A stretch of DNA of 64,000 nt from Tubiluchus corallicola (GCA_030141605.1 JAQGDQ010000058.1:219852-283851); one strand, 5' to 3'. Numbered from the stretch's first letter, positions 40,851 to 54,825 are shown. Numbers and translations are program-made. The notes: generated from the sequence alone by a model not told the origin.

Positions 40851-41085
40851 CCTTGCTGTGTCATAAAAGTATTGGAGGCCGTAATAAACGGTATATGTTC
40901 TAGATGACAGCCTACAAAGATAATGAACAGAGCCAGTGAGCAATTATTAAGTCTCAACTCGGAAGTTATGCTGAAAAGACCTTAACATAGCAGTGTCTAG
41001 TTTTTTGCTGAATTACCTTATCCAAAGTAATAACGGCCTAGAAATAAGAAATAGGTAACTATCTGTAAACAATGCTCTCTCAAAA

Positions 41086-41345
41086 TTTAATGCCTTTTAC
41101 AACGGTCAACTGATGAAGCACTGATGGTTGCCGTTGAAAGATGATTTTATGGTTGAGCAACGCGATGCCCAAAGAAGTGCGATCTGATGTTGGTTCTAGC
41201 TAGTTGCACAGATAACTTAGACTCATGACTACGAAAAACTCTGTGAGGCCTGGAAAAAGTCTCTCTGTCAGAAGAGTATTTCCATTAATCATTTTGAAGC
41301 AGTTCACAAGATCTACAGTCTCACGTCTTTGCTTGAGAGTAGAGA
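41086..41345 (-). mobile_element. Degenerate CR1-clade LINE 3' fragment
   Basis: Translation STLKQRRETVDLVNCFKMING.../RSHESKLSVQLARTNIRSHFFGHRVAQP*NHLSTATISASSVDRCK matches the CR1 ORF2 C-terminal pattern L..RR...DL...YK..NG...RGH..KL...R..FF..RV...WN.L....A.SV..FK. Confidence 0.8.
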
Positions 41346-41463
41346 TAATCTACTGTGTTTATCTGTCTTGAGGGCAGAATTCTGCTTATCCAATGTTCAC
41401 AATAGATTTGGTTTTCGACGATGATGATGAAGTCTTACTGATTGGCCAGAGACCTGACTAGGT

Positions 41464-42315
41464 CATAAGCGTACGAGGCGGGGGTCGGGGGCGGTTGCCC
41501 TCCTACGTCAAATGAATTGTACATTTTCGGGAAAAAGCTGATTTTTTTCAGGGCAAATAATGTTGCTTTAAAATTTCAAAATTCAAAAATTGCTTACGTA
41601 CTGCATTAGGCCTAGCTCTTTTCACTCGCTACAATTACAGTGCTTATTGTAACTTTTTAACTCTTTTTTGTATTTAAATAATTTAATAATTGTGAAGCTA
41701 TAATAGAGCCTGCTGTCGATTTTAGCATGCTCCTCAATGTACTGACAAAGTTATAGACATGGTTGCAAAAGGAAAATTTAAACATTATTTCTTGTCAATT
41801 TCTGAAACGTTAGGAAAAGTATATCTGAAAGTATTTGCATGTTTCTTCAGTGAAAATTTCAGTGGAAAACAAATACCGTTATTCGCAGTACTACCTGGGT
41901 GCCATAATAACGTTAGTTTCACGTGAGGTACATCTCGAGTTGGTTTCTTAATGGGAATTGGGTCATTAATCATTTCTTTTTATCCATTCGTTAAATTTTG
42001 ATTTCTGAATAATAATTAGTGAAAGTGATAACGATTAGCATATTTGTGTATAGCAATTAAAGCTGTCATTTTCTGACACTCTGTGCATGTTACCTTGAAT
42101 AAAAATACGTGTAAATACGAATAAACATAAACGTAATTATAGACCTGTAACTGTAAATATTTTGTTTTTAGACACCTTTGTCAGTCCATACCCTACATAA
42201 TTATGTAGCTCTTTTTGGCACTTATTTGGAAAGCACTCACTTTAGGAAAACTTAGAAAATTTTCAGGGAAAATTTCTTATACCCGCTTTGTGAAACTTCT
42301 TTCAGTAAGCCTATG
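41464..42315. mobile_element. Non-autonomous DNA transposon (hAT/MITE-like)
   Basis: Imperfect TIRs CATAAGCGTAC ... GTAAGCCTATG, G-run subterminal region, partially matching 8-bp flanks (gactaggt / tgttaggt). Confidence 0.55.
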
Positions 42316-42359
42316 TGTTAGGTCAGTTAGCGGATAGAATTAGTCTCTGCCAAAGAAAG

Positions 42360-42705
42360 AATTCGAGTGGAGTCGTATGCGACTTTCGAAGTGGAATCAG
42401 ATCGAATTTCGATATTTCGAATCCGAATCGAATTTGAATTCATTTTAAAGATTTTTGGATAAGTTTTTGAATCATCAATAAAAAGCGGTCACACAAAAAT
42501 CATACATGTTACTTGATTTTATTCTGCAGCAAAAACACTAATAATTAGCATGAAATTTTGTACAGTAATTGTTCTGGTTGCATGATGTTTCAACCGTTTT
42601 AATAATAAAGACGTGTGTAGTTGAAGTGATGAATTATTCGAATCTACAATTTTAGGTTCGCTCAATTATACGAATCTATAATTTTAGGTTCGAATCGAAT
42701 TCAAG
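42360..42705. mobile_element. Degenerate MITE-like element with TCGAA(T) motif clusters at both ends
   Basis: gatcgaatttcgatatttcgaatccgaatcgaatttg ... ttcgaatc..ggttcgaatcgaattc. Confidence 0.4.
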
Positions 42706-44140
42706 ACAAACAATTTTTTGTTAGATGCCTGCTCCTACTAACTGACTATCCAGTGACTGTCATAATTAGTATATACGCAGTCATGCTCTAGCTTCTAGCT
42801 GACACTTTACGATAACAACGTAATGCTGCTTTTTCTTAATACAAACAATACAAGGAACAACTATACTGCAGTATGAAAGCTGAATTACTATAACAAACCA
42901 CACGAACAAGCATGCAATGGTCAGCACAACTTACTGCTATTGCTTTAATAAAAGCTGCGCATAACCACTACATCAAATTCAAACCCTGCAATCTAAATGT
43001 GATTTTGCACAGTGCCGGCACTCCCACAGAATCTTACTCCGGTGATTTTATAATGTTGTGAGTGTTATTATTTTGTTGTTGTTGTTATTGTTGTTGTTGT
43101 TATTGCCATCGTTGTAGTCAACCAAGCGAAGTTTAAATATCTTCAGCACTATTAAATCAACTTAAATGACACTCGCAGTGGTTTTGGATTGTGTGCAAAA
43201 ACATAATAATATTTTATTTTGCCATATATAATTTTGGTGGGCAAATGATTTAATCATATGTCCACATATACTACAGTAGTTAATGCTATTTTCACTACTT
43301 TTGAAGATTTTGTGTAGAAAACAATTTAATTTTATTTGGAACTAAGGCTAATTTTGACAAAAATTTTGTGTAAAAATTTGGCACCAAATTTGGAGAGCTA
43401 CTTTAATTAAAAATTTGTCATTTTGTCGAAACGGTCGAAGTTATTCACTCGAAAATGCATGGTACTTTCTTTATGAGAGCACATCAAGACATTGCGACTT
43501 TCTAGGGCCTAGGCTAACAGTTTAGTCCGGCCCTATTCTGGACTTACGTACGTTTTATATGAAGCTCAGTGCACAAGTTCTTGCCGTGTGTTTGTAGCAC
43601 TGTTACCTGGTACCTACGTACTTGTTAATTACATGTATTTGCAAAGCTCTTATACCTAAGCAGCACGACCACGCAACTACCTGTGGTGCATCTTTTATGC
43701 AGTAATTGTACTTGTTCGTTATATGGCGCTTACCCATAACAGCTTTTGATGTATTTTAAAATACGCGCTTTACACGAATATGAAAGTAAACACATTTTTT
43801 AAAGAGAATTTTGACAATGAACCCCCCAAAGTCTGGTACACCTCAAATTTGGCACCCTAGGCTACATTCTAGCTAGCCTATAGGTAAATGTGTCCTTGCA
43901 TGAGATATATAAAAATACATTATATAAGTATGAGGTTAGTACCAGAGATGGGTGATCCAAGATGGAGTCACGTTATGCTTACTGGGCGACTTCTCAACTT
44001 CACAAACTCCGTGCAGGGACAGTTGACTCCTCAAATCCCCATTTGATTATCTCATTGATTATCTAATTAATTACACTGCGCGTTTTCGTCTAATTTAAAC
44101 GAAAAGTTTATTACCTTAGTGGGCTTTAGGACAAACTTTG

Positions 44141-44650
44141 CAGTAGCAGTGGTAGTAGTAGTAGTAGTAGTAGTTGTTGTTGTTGTAGCTTTTTGTCACA
44201 TGTGACCATGTTATTACAGTAATCATTTCTACAATAGTCATATTCGAACTAAGTACGGAAATACAGACACAGTATTAACAACATAAAAATTAGTATTAAC
44301 ACCAAACAATTCAGCTGAAAATGCATAAAACATCATTTGCAAATTTAGCTAATACTTCATTTTCCATATTTAAAAAAATCATTCCAAGTATTTAAAGTGA
44401 TGTTATATTTGTTTCATATATAATCCGCTTTCTTGCACGCCAAAACAACGTGTTCTTGTATGCTTATACAGTCGCAGGTACACAATCTCAAATTTCTAGC
44501 TATCGGTAGTCCAGCCCGCCTTCCTGTCTCAACTTTTAAGTGATGAGACGAGAGCATCAAACGGCTGAATTTAATGCTTAACGAATTAGGCAATTTTGCA
44601 AAATAAATTGGGTGCTGAACCAACGCAGGATTCAGCTTTATAGAAGCATT
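44141..44650 (-). mobile_element. 3' fragment of a CR1/L2-group non-LTR retrotransposon with a microsatellite tail
   Basis: FSRLMLSSHHLKVETGR...RNLRLCTC...QEHVVLAC is the typical C-terminal CCHC region of non-LTR ORF2; (CAA/CTA)n tail at 44141-44188. Confidence 0.8.
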
Positions 44651-45190
44651 GTATTTGTTAATAACCATAATTAGAGCAATTAGCAAAAACTTCCTTGAAA
44701 AAGAATGAACAGACATGCCACATTTCGGTATACTTCTGCAACAGATATTATCATATTTTTGTAACATAGTAGCTATTTAAGCACAAATAGCACAAATGCA
44801 AAAATAGAAGAACAAAGAATGGCAGCACTGACCTCTAGACTACAACCGTTGTTGCTGCAGTATTGTCTTTAGAGATAATTTAGCTTTATGTTTTTAAGTT
44901 TGTAAGCTTACGTTTTTGTTGTATATTCTGTGCTTAATTAACAAATATGTGACTTATAAAATGATAAACTAGCACCAAGGTAATGTTAGTCATTAAAACG
45001 CATAATCCAAAGCATGTGAAAGGCCAAATTTGTGAAAAATCTTAATTTTTACATTCACCTTTTAAATTAGATAAAAATTGTCTGGTTATTAAGAAATATA
45101 ACCAAATGCAATCGCTTCAGTATTTTTGTTTTGTGAAATGTCTAATTAATGATATGCAATTACTAAATACAAATTTCTTTTAATTATATT

Positions 45191-45353
45191 TAGGGGATAG
45201 CGCGAACGCAGTCCCCGCTACCACAAATTATACACCCGAGTTCCCTCGATTTGAGAGAATCGCAGGGGTCAACCCAACCGAAGTGCAATGGCAAGGTCTC
45301 GCCCCGGAGGATCCACCTTCTTGATCATGGAAACCTCTGTGCCAGGTAAGTAT
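45191..45353 (-). ncRNA. U1: U1 spliceosomal snRNA
   Basis: Minus strand reads ATACTTACCTGG...; stem-loop I loop GATCAAGAAG (U1-70K site), loop II ATTGCAC (U1A site), Sm site AATTTGTG, terminal GC hairpin with TTCG tetraloop; 163 nt. Confidence 0.97.
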
Positions 45354-48300
45354 GCGCGAGAATAGCACGGCATGCCTTATAAGGAAATCAGTTCGCCAAC
45401 TGTTTGTGTCGTGTTAGGCTTCGAATGGCACAAGCGCACAAGCGCTTGTGGTGCGATAAACACTGAGGGACATTGGCGCATAAATTTTTGTGGTGCTCTA
45501 GAATTTCCCGCTAAAATTTCTAGTAGTTCTATTGAAGATCTCATGATAATTATTAACTGTTACTGCCGATACAAATAACTCACAACAAAGTACACTTTAG
45601 CAATTGAAGCATCACATTTTCAGTAAAAAATTATAAAAAACTTCTTCACTTATTCTTTAAATCTATTTGACATTTTTTATAAACATACGTTTTATTTTTT
45701 ACCATCAATGCGTTGTTATATGACACGTGAAATTGTTAATTACTCAAGATTTAATGCTCATAGTTTTGTGATTTTGAACAACGAAGAAAGTAATGCACTT
45801 TTCACAAAATCGTTTGAAAAGCAGCAATGCGTTGGGTGAAAGAAATTTAAATTAGTTGACAAATTGTTAGGAATTTTTTCATAAAAAAGCTTATTATTTA
45901 TATAGCCTAATTATGAAGGCACAGCTAACTTCATAGTAACGATGAGTAGAGATATAATAATTGTTAATCAGATTTTGCGTAAGATATGCATTAGCAACAA
46001 AGAATAAAGATAAGTAGTATTAATATATATATAGGATTTCACTTAGGCGCAAAAATTTAGGCTTGTAGTGACTGGCGCTACACGGCTGCCATCCTTGTAT
46101 TGTGCTAAATTATTGAAATCCATAGATAAGAAACTGCAGCACTGACAAACATTGTGGCTAACAAATTTAGACGTAGTATTGTCAAATATGTATTCAGAAA
46201 GATACAGAGTGCTAGAATTACTCATTAAGTAAGTCCTTTTCCTGCACAGTCATGTTCAGACATTAAAAATTCATAGTTAAAATGACCATTTCTTTCAGTT
46301 TCAGACAAAAAGTCTGTCCAAGCGAAAAGCACTGCGGTTCTCTGCTTTAGGATATACTCTCCTCTCCACTCCTCTTCTCTCCGATCCATTTCGCTTTCAT
46401 CACCAGCTTTGTCCTGTCCTGTCCAGTCCTGACTTGTCCTGTCTAAGCTGTCTTAATTTTCCTCTCCTTTCCAATGTGTCACTATACTCTTGTGTCAGAT
46501 TTTGTAGCACTACTCAGATGTCAGCAGTTTCTAACTGCAAAACCTGCAATCTTGTCCAAAAAAGATTTTTTCGTGGATGTATGTAGGATCTAAAATAAAT
46601 TTTCCTTACTCATTTTTTGAAACTGTGTTGGTTTGAATTCGTGTAACTACTTTTAAAACCCTGTTATTAAGGCCATGGTAATTAGGCCTACTTAAATTCT
46701 GAAAAAGCAACACAAAGCAGTCCTTGGACAAACCAAAGATCTGATACTACTTATGTTAGGTCTGATGCTAGATCACTCACAGCATCACCAAGATTTTTCT
46801 GTCTTCACGTTTATTATTGCATCCCTGCATAGAATCATAAGCTCGAATATGTAAAGATGTGCCACATCGTGTCACATCGAAATAAAATTAAAAAGAGCTG
46901 TACCGTAGATAATAAAAGCGTATCCATATAAATTGACAGCAGCGACATACTGTAGGCCGTATGCTGCGCTAAAAGCTTGGTGCAAATAAAGCTATTGACG
47001 AGTAGACATGAAATTTCGACCTGCACCTATGCGAAGCCCTAGGTTAAACAAAGCCCCAGGTATTTTAAAGGACAAAAAAAGGGGTACCTAAAGTAGATTT
47101 CAGAAAAATCGCTTAAAAAATTATATTACTCTGCAGCAGTTTTATGCATATATCATTTTCGCGTTGAAAGGAATTTTTGTTTGCTTTCATTTTAAATCTC
47201 CTACAATACCTGTTTCGACTACGCCATTACATGACGTCATTACAAAGACCTAAATCAGGGAAAGAAAAGGTTAGGTTATGTCCCAAAAAACTTTCCGTGC
47301 AAATCTATATTACTTAACATTTCGCTTACCTGCTGGAAACTTATGTAACTAGAAATAATAATTTAAAATGTTTGTGCTAATTGGTAAAATGTTGCTGACA
47401 CCCTCCAGGGTGCACCACTCACTAACCAAAAACGTATTTTTAATCTTATTGACAAGATACAGTAATTTAAAGTTTTACCTAGTTAGCTACATGTATGCTA
47501 CGAATGCTCTAATTATTTTTTCAAACTTTACTCAGTGTTATCTAAACTTGTTTCAAACAACCTACCATCAAAATGGTTGCGTCTAACTGTCATCACGGGA
47601 GTTTAAATTTACAAGTTTTATACAACGTTGCGGCCGATGCAGGCGGTGTACGCAAAAAGGTAGTAAGTAAGTGGTATAAGCTTTCGAGACGAATTTTTTA
47701 AGCTCTATGTAAGTGGGGGATTTTCTTTAAGCTTATGTAAGTAGAGGAGTGCTCTAACTTCCAGTACTAACCCTGCTGAACCTTTGTGGTTGTTTGTCTT
47801 AGATATTCTAGACAAAATCACGCTACCAGTTACGTCATGAGAGTTACTATCTAGGTTAATAACTATTGCTTGAGGCAATCTTAAAAAACGTCATCCTCGA
47901 CAGTTTGCTTTTTGTTTACATTAGTCAGTTTTCCCTAAACTTCAAAGAAGTTTTGCCTTATTAGGTGTGTTTTATTGACTAGCAGATTAATTTCGTCTTC
48001 GATTTGTCAGGATGGATGAAAAAACTAGTTTATCACTGAAAATTTACCTGTTTATGCCCTAGCTATACCAATTAAGCCTACACAGATCTGTACTTTTATG
48101 ACTTTTATGACTTTTTTTATATAACTTGAATTGTATTTTAACTGTCATTTGTTGTTCCTCAAAAGTTTCTGCGTGCAAAACTTCCTATAGTGCTTTACGG
48201 GTTTTTTGTAACAATTTTTATGCAGTAAATCTTCCCTATTCGTTGATCAGTAATCCAGACTGGTGCGGTTATACAAAAAGACAGTTAACAGATTTCTATT

Positions 48301-48984
48301 ACTATAATGCAAATGTGCGATAATACATTTGATTTATTCCAGTTTTGCAATCAAGAAAACCTTATTTTATGTTGTTATCTGAAGTTGTAAAAAAGCAATG
48401 GTGTTTCTCTTATATTAATATATTCTCCTGTGATAACGTTTTCGTTGGATCTTTCACTTAGGATCATACAACTCGTTCACAGATTCATTCACAAATAACA
48501 CTCGCCTAGAACCAAATGATTGCTTATCATAAGAACCTTTCTTCAGCAAGAGTATCCTAGTGGTTAGGAAGTATTCCTATTCTGTGATGTAATATAAATG
48601 AAAAACACGTGTGCAGATCCGTCACTCACCATTTTATACAAACACATAGTTTTCTTAAAAATTAAGTATTGAGTAAACATTATCCATAGCATAGTACCTG
48701 CAAGCCAAATTATTTTTCCGTATAAAATCACCGTTTCTGTGATGGGCTATCCGGCAATTTGACTTTTAACGTCTGAAAGCGACTTAGAAAATCTGTTTGC
48801 ATGTGAAAATATAAATTTTTGTGTTAAAATGAATGGATTGATCATTAATAATAATTTCCTGCGTCAGAAGTGTATATCTGTTTTTTGTTTATAGGCAACT
48901 CAATTTTCACAGAACTGCCTCGCAACACTGGAACATTGGTACTTTCAGTAAAAGCTACAGCGTTACACAACTTTTGTCACTAGA

Positions 48985-49325
48985 CAGTAGACACGTCACT
49001 CATGTTGACATGTCTATTCGTTTGGGTTAAAAAAGGCGTGATACAATTCGTCATTGAGGCTGACTCCAGTGATGATTTCCAAACGTTGGACAACGAAAAA
49101 TAAGCTGCACAGTGTACATGTCTTAATGCCTTACTATTACAGAGTACAGTTCTTGTCTCAAAATGACGTATGTGCCCAAAACACCATGTCCAAATATGAT
49201 CCAATGCGACCAAAATACCTATGTATCCAAGTAATCTACATATGTGTGTCCAAATAACCTTCTATCCGTATGACCAATGTGTCCAAATGTCTGTATGGAA
49301 ATGCCTGCACGCCAAACTTCAGAAT
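48985..49325. repeat. Degenerate array of TGTCCAAA-type motifs (probable arm of a non-autonomous DNA element)
   Basis: Recurrent tgtgcccaaa / tgtccaaa / tatccaa / tgaccaa motifs at 49170-49315, with inverted ttggaca / ttgacat upstream. Confidence 0.45.
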
Positions 49326-50337
49326 TGCCCTGGCTTTTTAATGAAAGATTTCTATAAAATGATCATTGGCTCTAAAGTCATCAAGTGTTGCATATTTTGG
49401 ACTTGTTCATAATAATGGCTTTTGCAGTTTTGTATGAATTCCACCTGTAACTGAACGTTCGACATTTTCTGTGTTTCATCTTGTGTTACAGTTGACTTTT
49501 TTTGATTTGAATTCTATTTAAAACATATTTTATTTATTGTTATTCTTTTGTAGAGCCGGTGCAAATACCAGGATCTGTCCCCCTACTGAGCAACTCAAGA
49601 ATGGTGTGCGCTACTTTCAAGGTAAAATTAGATAATGCGATTTTGGAAAACTTAAAAACAGATAAATATACATATACGGAAATTGATGAACACTTAAAAA
49701 CAATTTATATTGATTGGACGAGATCAAAGGATAAATTTCAAATTACGTCAGCTAATTTGCCTGCTTAGATAGTTGAACGAAATATGATTATAAAGAAGGA
49801 TAGGGAAGGAGACATTAATGTGAAAGAAGTTTATGGCCGCAATATGACCAAACATGAACAAACTGACAGAGCTTTAACAGACACAATATACATCAATATT
49901 ATAAAATTTTTAGTGTGAATTATCGAGCCTCTACTAATAAAAAATAAAAAACAAGATCTTGTTCTGATACAAGTAAGGGAACACTGGACGAGGTGCTTGC
50001 GATTTTGGTTTTGTTTCTTGCGATTCCTTTTTATTGGGAAAGGTTATTATATCAACTGAAAGAAGTAAAGACGATGTTGTAAGTTTGTTGTCATGACCGC
50101 GACGGTGAAATTTAAAAGTTTTGAATAAATTAAAAACAATATTCACAATATCACTTAGTATTTTTCTAGCATTCGTACTGATTTCTTTCACCAAAATGAT
50201 CGTCTGCGTCGTTAGTCAAGTACATTTATGTTTGTCGCTGGAAACTGTTTTTTTTTGTGTACTAAAAGATTTAATGATATTTAGCAAGTTTAGTATTTTC
50301 GTTACTACAGTGTCATTAAAAATACCAGTAGTCTTTC

Positions 50338-53195
50338 TTAATTGTGCCTCATATGACTAGTATTATTAGCATAATAACTGTAAAACGTTATTAAAATTAA
50401 ATACATAACTATCCCTAACATGATGCTGATGTTCGCCACTCTCTTTGCTATTTTTGCCTCTGCTTCTGCACCAGACACGTTTCCATTTCTCATCATCTCT
50501 GTTGCCTGTTGATTAAACAGAATGCGTTGTTATGAGTAACAACTGTGCTTTTGTTACCACGACGATTCGTCATTAATAGCTACAAACAAACTTGGCAAAC
50601 AATATTGTTGCTTGTCTATTAACAACTGAGAAACATTGGGGAGTTACTATAAGTCGTGGTGATAACAGAAGGTTTTAGCTAAGCATTTTCTAACAGCAGT
50701 CGCATTGAATGCGCCTAAGAACACAGTAACAAAAGTTTCCAGTTTCCCCGGCCCGGTCCACAATATCTGATTTACAAGTTTAACTTACATCAGCAAATTG
50801 CAACAGAGTTATTAAATTCCTCCTCAACTCTTTCATGGGTGTCTTAAAGTGCACTTTCGGAACTAATACTAATAACGTGTCACATGAAACGTTAAAATAT
50901 CGTACTTTCTAGGGGTCCTAGACCCGGCTAATTTCATAAGCACATATATAACTGTCTGTAAAAAATGTTTTGGGAAAAATCCATAGCTGACAGTATACTG
51001 TGAACAGGCTTTGAACCGTCGAATGTGCACGAATAGAATTATAGGTTAGCTATAAAATGACACCATCAACAAAGATTATATGACTTTCTTAAGGAGAATG
51101 AATAAGAATTGGATTCTCTAGGGCGACTTCTTACAACTCATCAGATCAGCTCAATGAATGAAAGCAGTAGTAAGCGAAATTTCCCAAATTAAAAGGAGTA
51201 GGAGCTCACCGGACAGGAGCTCATTAAAAACAGGACCTTAGTAGCGGTGAGGAGCTCCGTAGGGTCAAAGGTCACTACTCACTACGCACTCAAACATAAT
51301 CTAGCTGTGTTGTGTGTTTGCCTATCGAAAGTTGCAGCAGTGTTAACAATTTGTGATTATTACAGTTTGTTGCTATACAGTGTATTAGCTAGAACATATA
51401 ATCCTTAAACGAAATTAGCTACAAGTATTTTAAAACACACAGGTACAAGCTATGTTTGATAGCTTGATTTTTTATGCATTTTCTTTAAGTTACTTGTAGT
51501 TTGGTACTGTGGAATCCCTTTTTACAGAGAACCTAGTTAATTATACCAGTTAAAATTGCGAGCAACTAACAAATAAAATGTATCTTCTGTGAATCACTAA
51601 TTCATTCAGATAGAGAAACAAAAAAGGCGAGATGTAATGTTTTGTATGAAGAGTGGTACAATATGAAAGAAATTAAATTTATTACATGTAGTTAGAAAAC
51701 AAGACAGCAAAGCGCGGGTGAAATTTCTTGGAACACAAATGCATTTGGAGTAATTCATTGCACTAAGTTACGAAATAAACTTAACTTTTATTGACCACTT
51801 AATTTTAATATATACCTCTTGTCCACGTTGTTAGTTAGCGTCTGGAGCATAAGAATAAATCTTGGTCATAATTAACATTTACCTAAGATCTAAGCAAGTA
51901 TACTTATATTAAATGATCGAACGCGAGAAATCCCGCTCATTAAACTCCTGCCATAGTGAACTGCTGCCTTAATGAGCTCCTGGTCGATAAGCTCCTGCCC
52001 TAATAAGCTCTTACCCGGTGAGCTTTGGCCCATTAGCTCTAGACATGGTGAGCTTTAGCGCTAGTAACCTCCTGCCTGGTGAGCTCAAATATGATGAGCA
52101 CTATCCTCGTGGTTTCCAATTACCCTGCGAAATGCTCAGAGACGCACATACCCAGATGGACTCTCTACAAATGAGTGAAGTAAATCATGCATAAATTGTT
52201 TGTAGGTGTCTCTCCAACGAAAATTAATTTTATGAATTAGAAAAACTGTCCGTTTTGTTCTTACCCGTGATGCCCGATAAAGGGCGTACGCCCCTATGGG
52301 ACAGCAACATAACATGCAGGCCATAAGAGACAGAGTAACATAGTTATCAAATTCATCACTTTCATCTATTGGCGATTCTATTATAATGTAAGCTGCTTCT
52401 GCATCATTACAATCACGTGGACTTGGTATAGTATGTGGTCTCGGCCCTGCCCACACGGGCGCCATTCTTAGTGATTCCTGTAAAAGATTTACCATCATTA
52501 GCCTTGTTTTGCCAGCTTAGCCATCAAACGTGTGACATTGAGTTAGTTACAACTTATACTATACGTCAACCAGGTTAACCAATTGAATGGACCCATTTCA
52601 AAAAGGGGCCCAGTGGTCAGTCCTGTCACGCATTGACGTCATTACTGCTGTTGTTTTGAACACAAAAATCAAACCACTTATGTGGATTCCGCAGTAACGG
52701 GTCCAAACTATCTGTAATCGATTCTTCTTAGATACTCATGTAATATAAAGTAAGGAAAACAAGACTAAAGTTGTAAAAAAGACTATGCAGCCACAGTTGT
52801 CATGCTTATTATAACAATAGCCTATTACATATAGATATATGGTATTCAAATGCAAAAGAACGTGCATGTACTATGTAGCCACATTACATGCTTGGCCTGG
52901 CGCCGAGACCAACCCAAGTATTAGTCATTGGCAACCCAGGAGAAATAGACGTTGATTTAAATGCAAGCACAATTATATGTAGCTGTCTTAGCATTATGTG
53001 CTTTGATAATACCGCATAAGATGGAGGAGGAGATGAAGGTCTTTGTGCTTCTGCATTTTCTCCAGTAGTTGGGGAAGCTATTGGAACGGTTTCTGACGAT
53101 GGCAAACTGTCCTGAATCTGATCACCTTCCAGAGGTGTTAACCTAGTCTGAGCAGCTCCAGGCGATGATTGGCTTGCATGTGTTACTGCTTCCAT
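50338..53195 (-). CDS. CD225/dispanin family membrane protein, paralog A (187 aa; IFITM/PRRT1/TMEM233-like)
   Basis: Phase-0 exons 53013-53195 (...SSPPPSYA), 52265-52477 (...DEFDNYVTLSLMACMLCCCPIGAYALYRASR) and 50338-50505 (ATEMMRNGNVSGAEAEAKIAKRVANISIMLGIVMYLILITFYSYYANNTSHMRHN*). Confidence 0.92.
51195..52112. mobile_element. Foldback/MITE-like element with inverted arrays of ~15-bp subrepeats (core GGTGAGCTCCT), in the last intron of paralog A
   Basis: The left arm has AGGAGCTCACC-like units (51195-51263); the right arm has about 11 reverse-complement units at ~15-bp spacing (51940-52110). Confidence 0.7.
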
Positions 53196-53879
53196 TGCCT
53201 TTCAGTCACAAGTTAGAGTCGGTCACTGGTATTTCTGCATAGTTCCTCTGTATTTCTAGAAATAGTAGCAATTTCTATTTAAAGACACGTTACTGTTATT
53301 GGTGTTTTTAATTTCTCTTTAATTTCAATTATCTTTTAATGCACTTTTCGTTTCATTTAAATGCTTGTTATTCAAAACTTAAAAAATAAAAGACTGCAAC
53401 CTGCATAATCCGAAATGTGTGATTTGCTTCTCAATGTTGCTGTGCATTTTAGATAAAAATTAAACTTTGCTTCACACGAGACACGGCCTTTGCATTAAAA
53501 TCTGGTGCTATTACAGTTTGTTTCCTTGGAGACAACATCAGACGCTTTGGATTCACGGTTGCCAGACACAAATTTCTTAATGACTGTGTTATTATTAGCC
53601 ATAAGTGCAATCGTCATTCACCAGTCACATCGACCAATCAACCATACAATATCCAGTCCTGTTAGTATGATTATTATGCATAAAGTTCTTTTGTAGTTAT
53701 ACCTATCTCACTTTTCACAGCCACAGCACTTTTGCCTTTTCCTTTTATTTTGACAAAGCCAACATTTATTTATTGTCGCTCATTTAACAGACAACATTAA
53801 CAATTACTGCTATTTAGCAACGTACATTTACGAGAATACAAGTAAAGACTCAACTCGCAATAACGAATAGCATGTAAGT

Positions 53880-53968
53880 ATATGCCCCGGCGTTATCAGC
53901 CGCCGGGCTCGAACTCAAAACTGCGCGACTGCAGTCCGAAATCCAGACTACTTTGTCACTGAACCGTG
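53880..53968 (-). mobile_element. tRNA-derived SINE head fragment
   Basis: Degenerate A box, GACTGCAGTC arm and B box GAGTTCGAGCCC on the minus strand; no acceptor stem. Confidence 0.45.
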
Positions 53969-54707
53969 ATCGGCCAGCCAAGCAGGCCACTTTATTTTCT
54001 TCCCTAAAATTAGTAAAACACTAAACTAGGATTTTTGTCGTAAAGTAGCTGCATTTCTTTATTTCGTCAATTTGCTACCACTTAGTTTACTGTCTGTGGA
54101 CTGTTACGAGCAGCATGAATATTGTGCTATTGTGGTATCCCGAGTTGCCAAAAATTTCCACATCATGACTCGTCTGAGGACCTGGTTTTGTTTCTTTTGT
54201 GTCTTCTCTTATCTGCTTTTCTTTCTTTAGTATATTAGTTTCATCTCATCTGGAGCTATTGCACAGGTTTGTACATATTGTCAATGTTCAGATAGTTGCC
54301 TACCACTTCAATGCAGTTCATTATCTGTTGTCTTCATCAGCAGTATATCTGTTTATTGAAACACAACTTCCCTCTGTTACTACGTCTTTTCTTTTCATTT
54401 GTGTATTTTCCTATTGTTGCTTTCACTTCGTTAGTATATGATTATCTCGTCATGCTTTTGGCTTTCTTTGGAAAGACTGAGTCTGCATGACGAAAATAGG
54501 CATGCATTTGTTGCAAAGCGGGAGAATTTAAAGAAACTAATCAGGCTATGTAGAATAGTCAACAGGGTTGATATACTACGTCTCAGATTAATTAAATTTT
54601 CCGTGGTCACCAAGTGGTTATCAGGTTTCATTTAGTTGAAAATGCTAGTAATAACACAATAAAGAATTCAACATCTTATGTTCCACGCTGGCATCTTGCC
54701 AAATTTG

Positions 54708-54825
54708 TAATATTACTGATAGGAATGTATTGCTTCTCACAACATACAAATTAAATCACTGAAAAATAATATTACTGATAGGAATGTATTGCTTCTCACA
54801 ACATACAAATTAAATCACTGAAAAA
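54708..54825. repeat. 59-bp direct tandem duplication in the 3' region of paralog B
   Basis: aatattactgataggaatgtattgcttctcacaacatacaaattaaatcactgaaaaa occurs twice. Confidence 0.9.

Noticed and set aside
49559-49768. 69-aa plus-strand ORF, possibly a LINE endonuclease end (LSNSRMVCATFKVKL)
   Set aside because: The resemblance is limited to a few residues, with no supporting motifs
53880-53968. tRNA-Cys gene
   Set aside because: B box and GCA arm are present, but there is no acceptor stem or proper D arm; better explained as a SINE head
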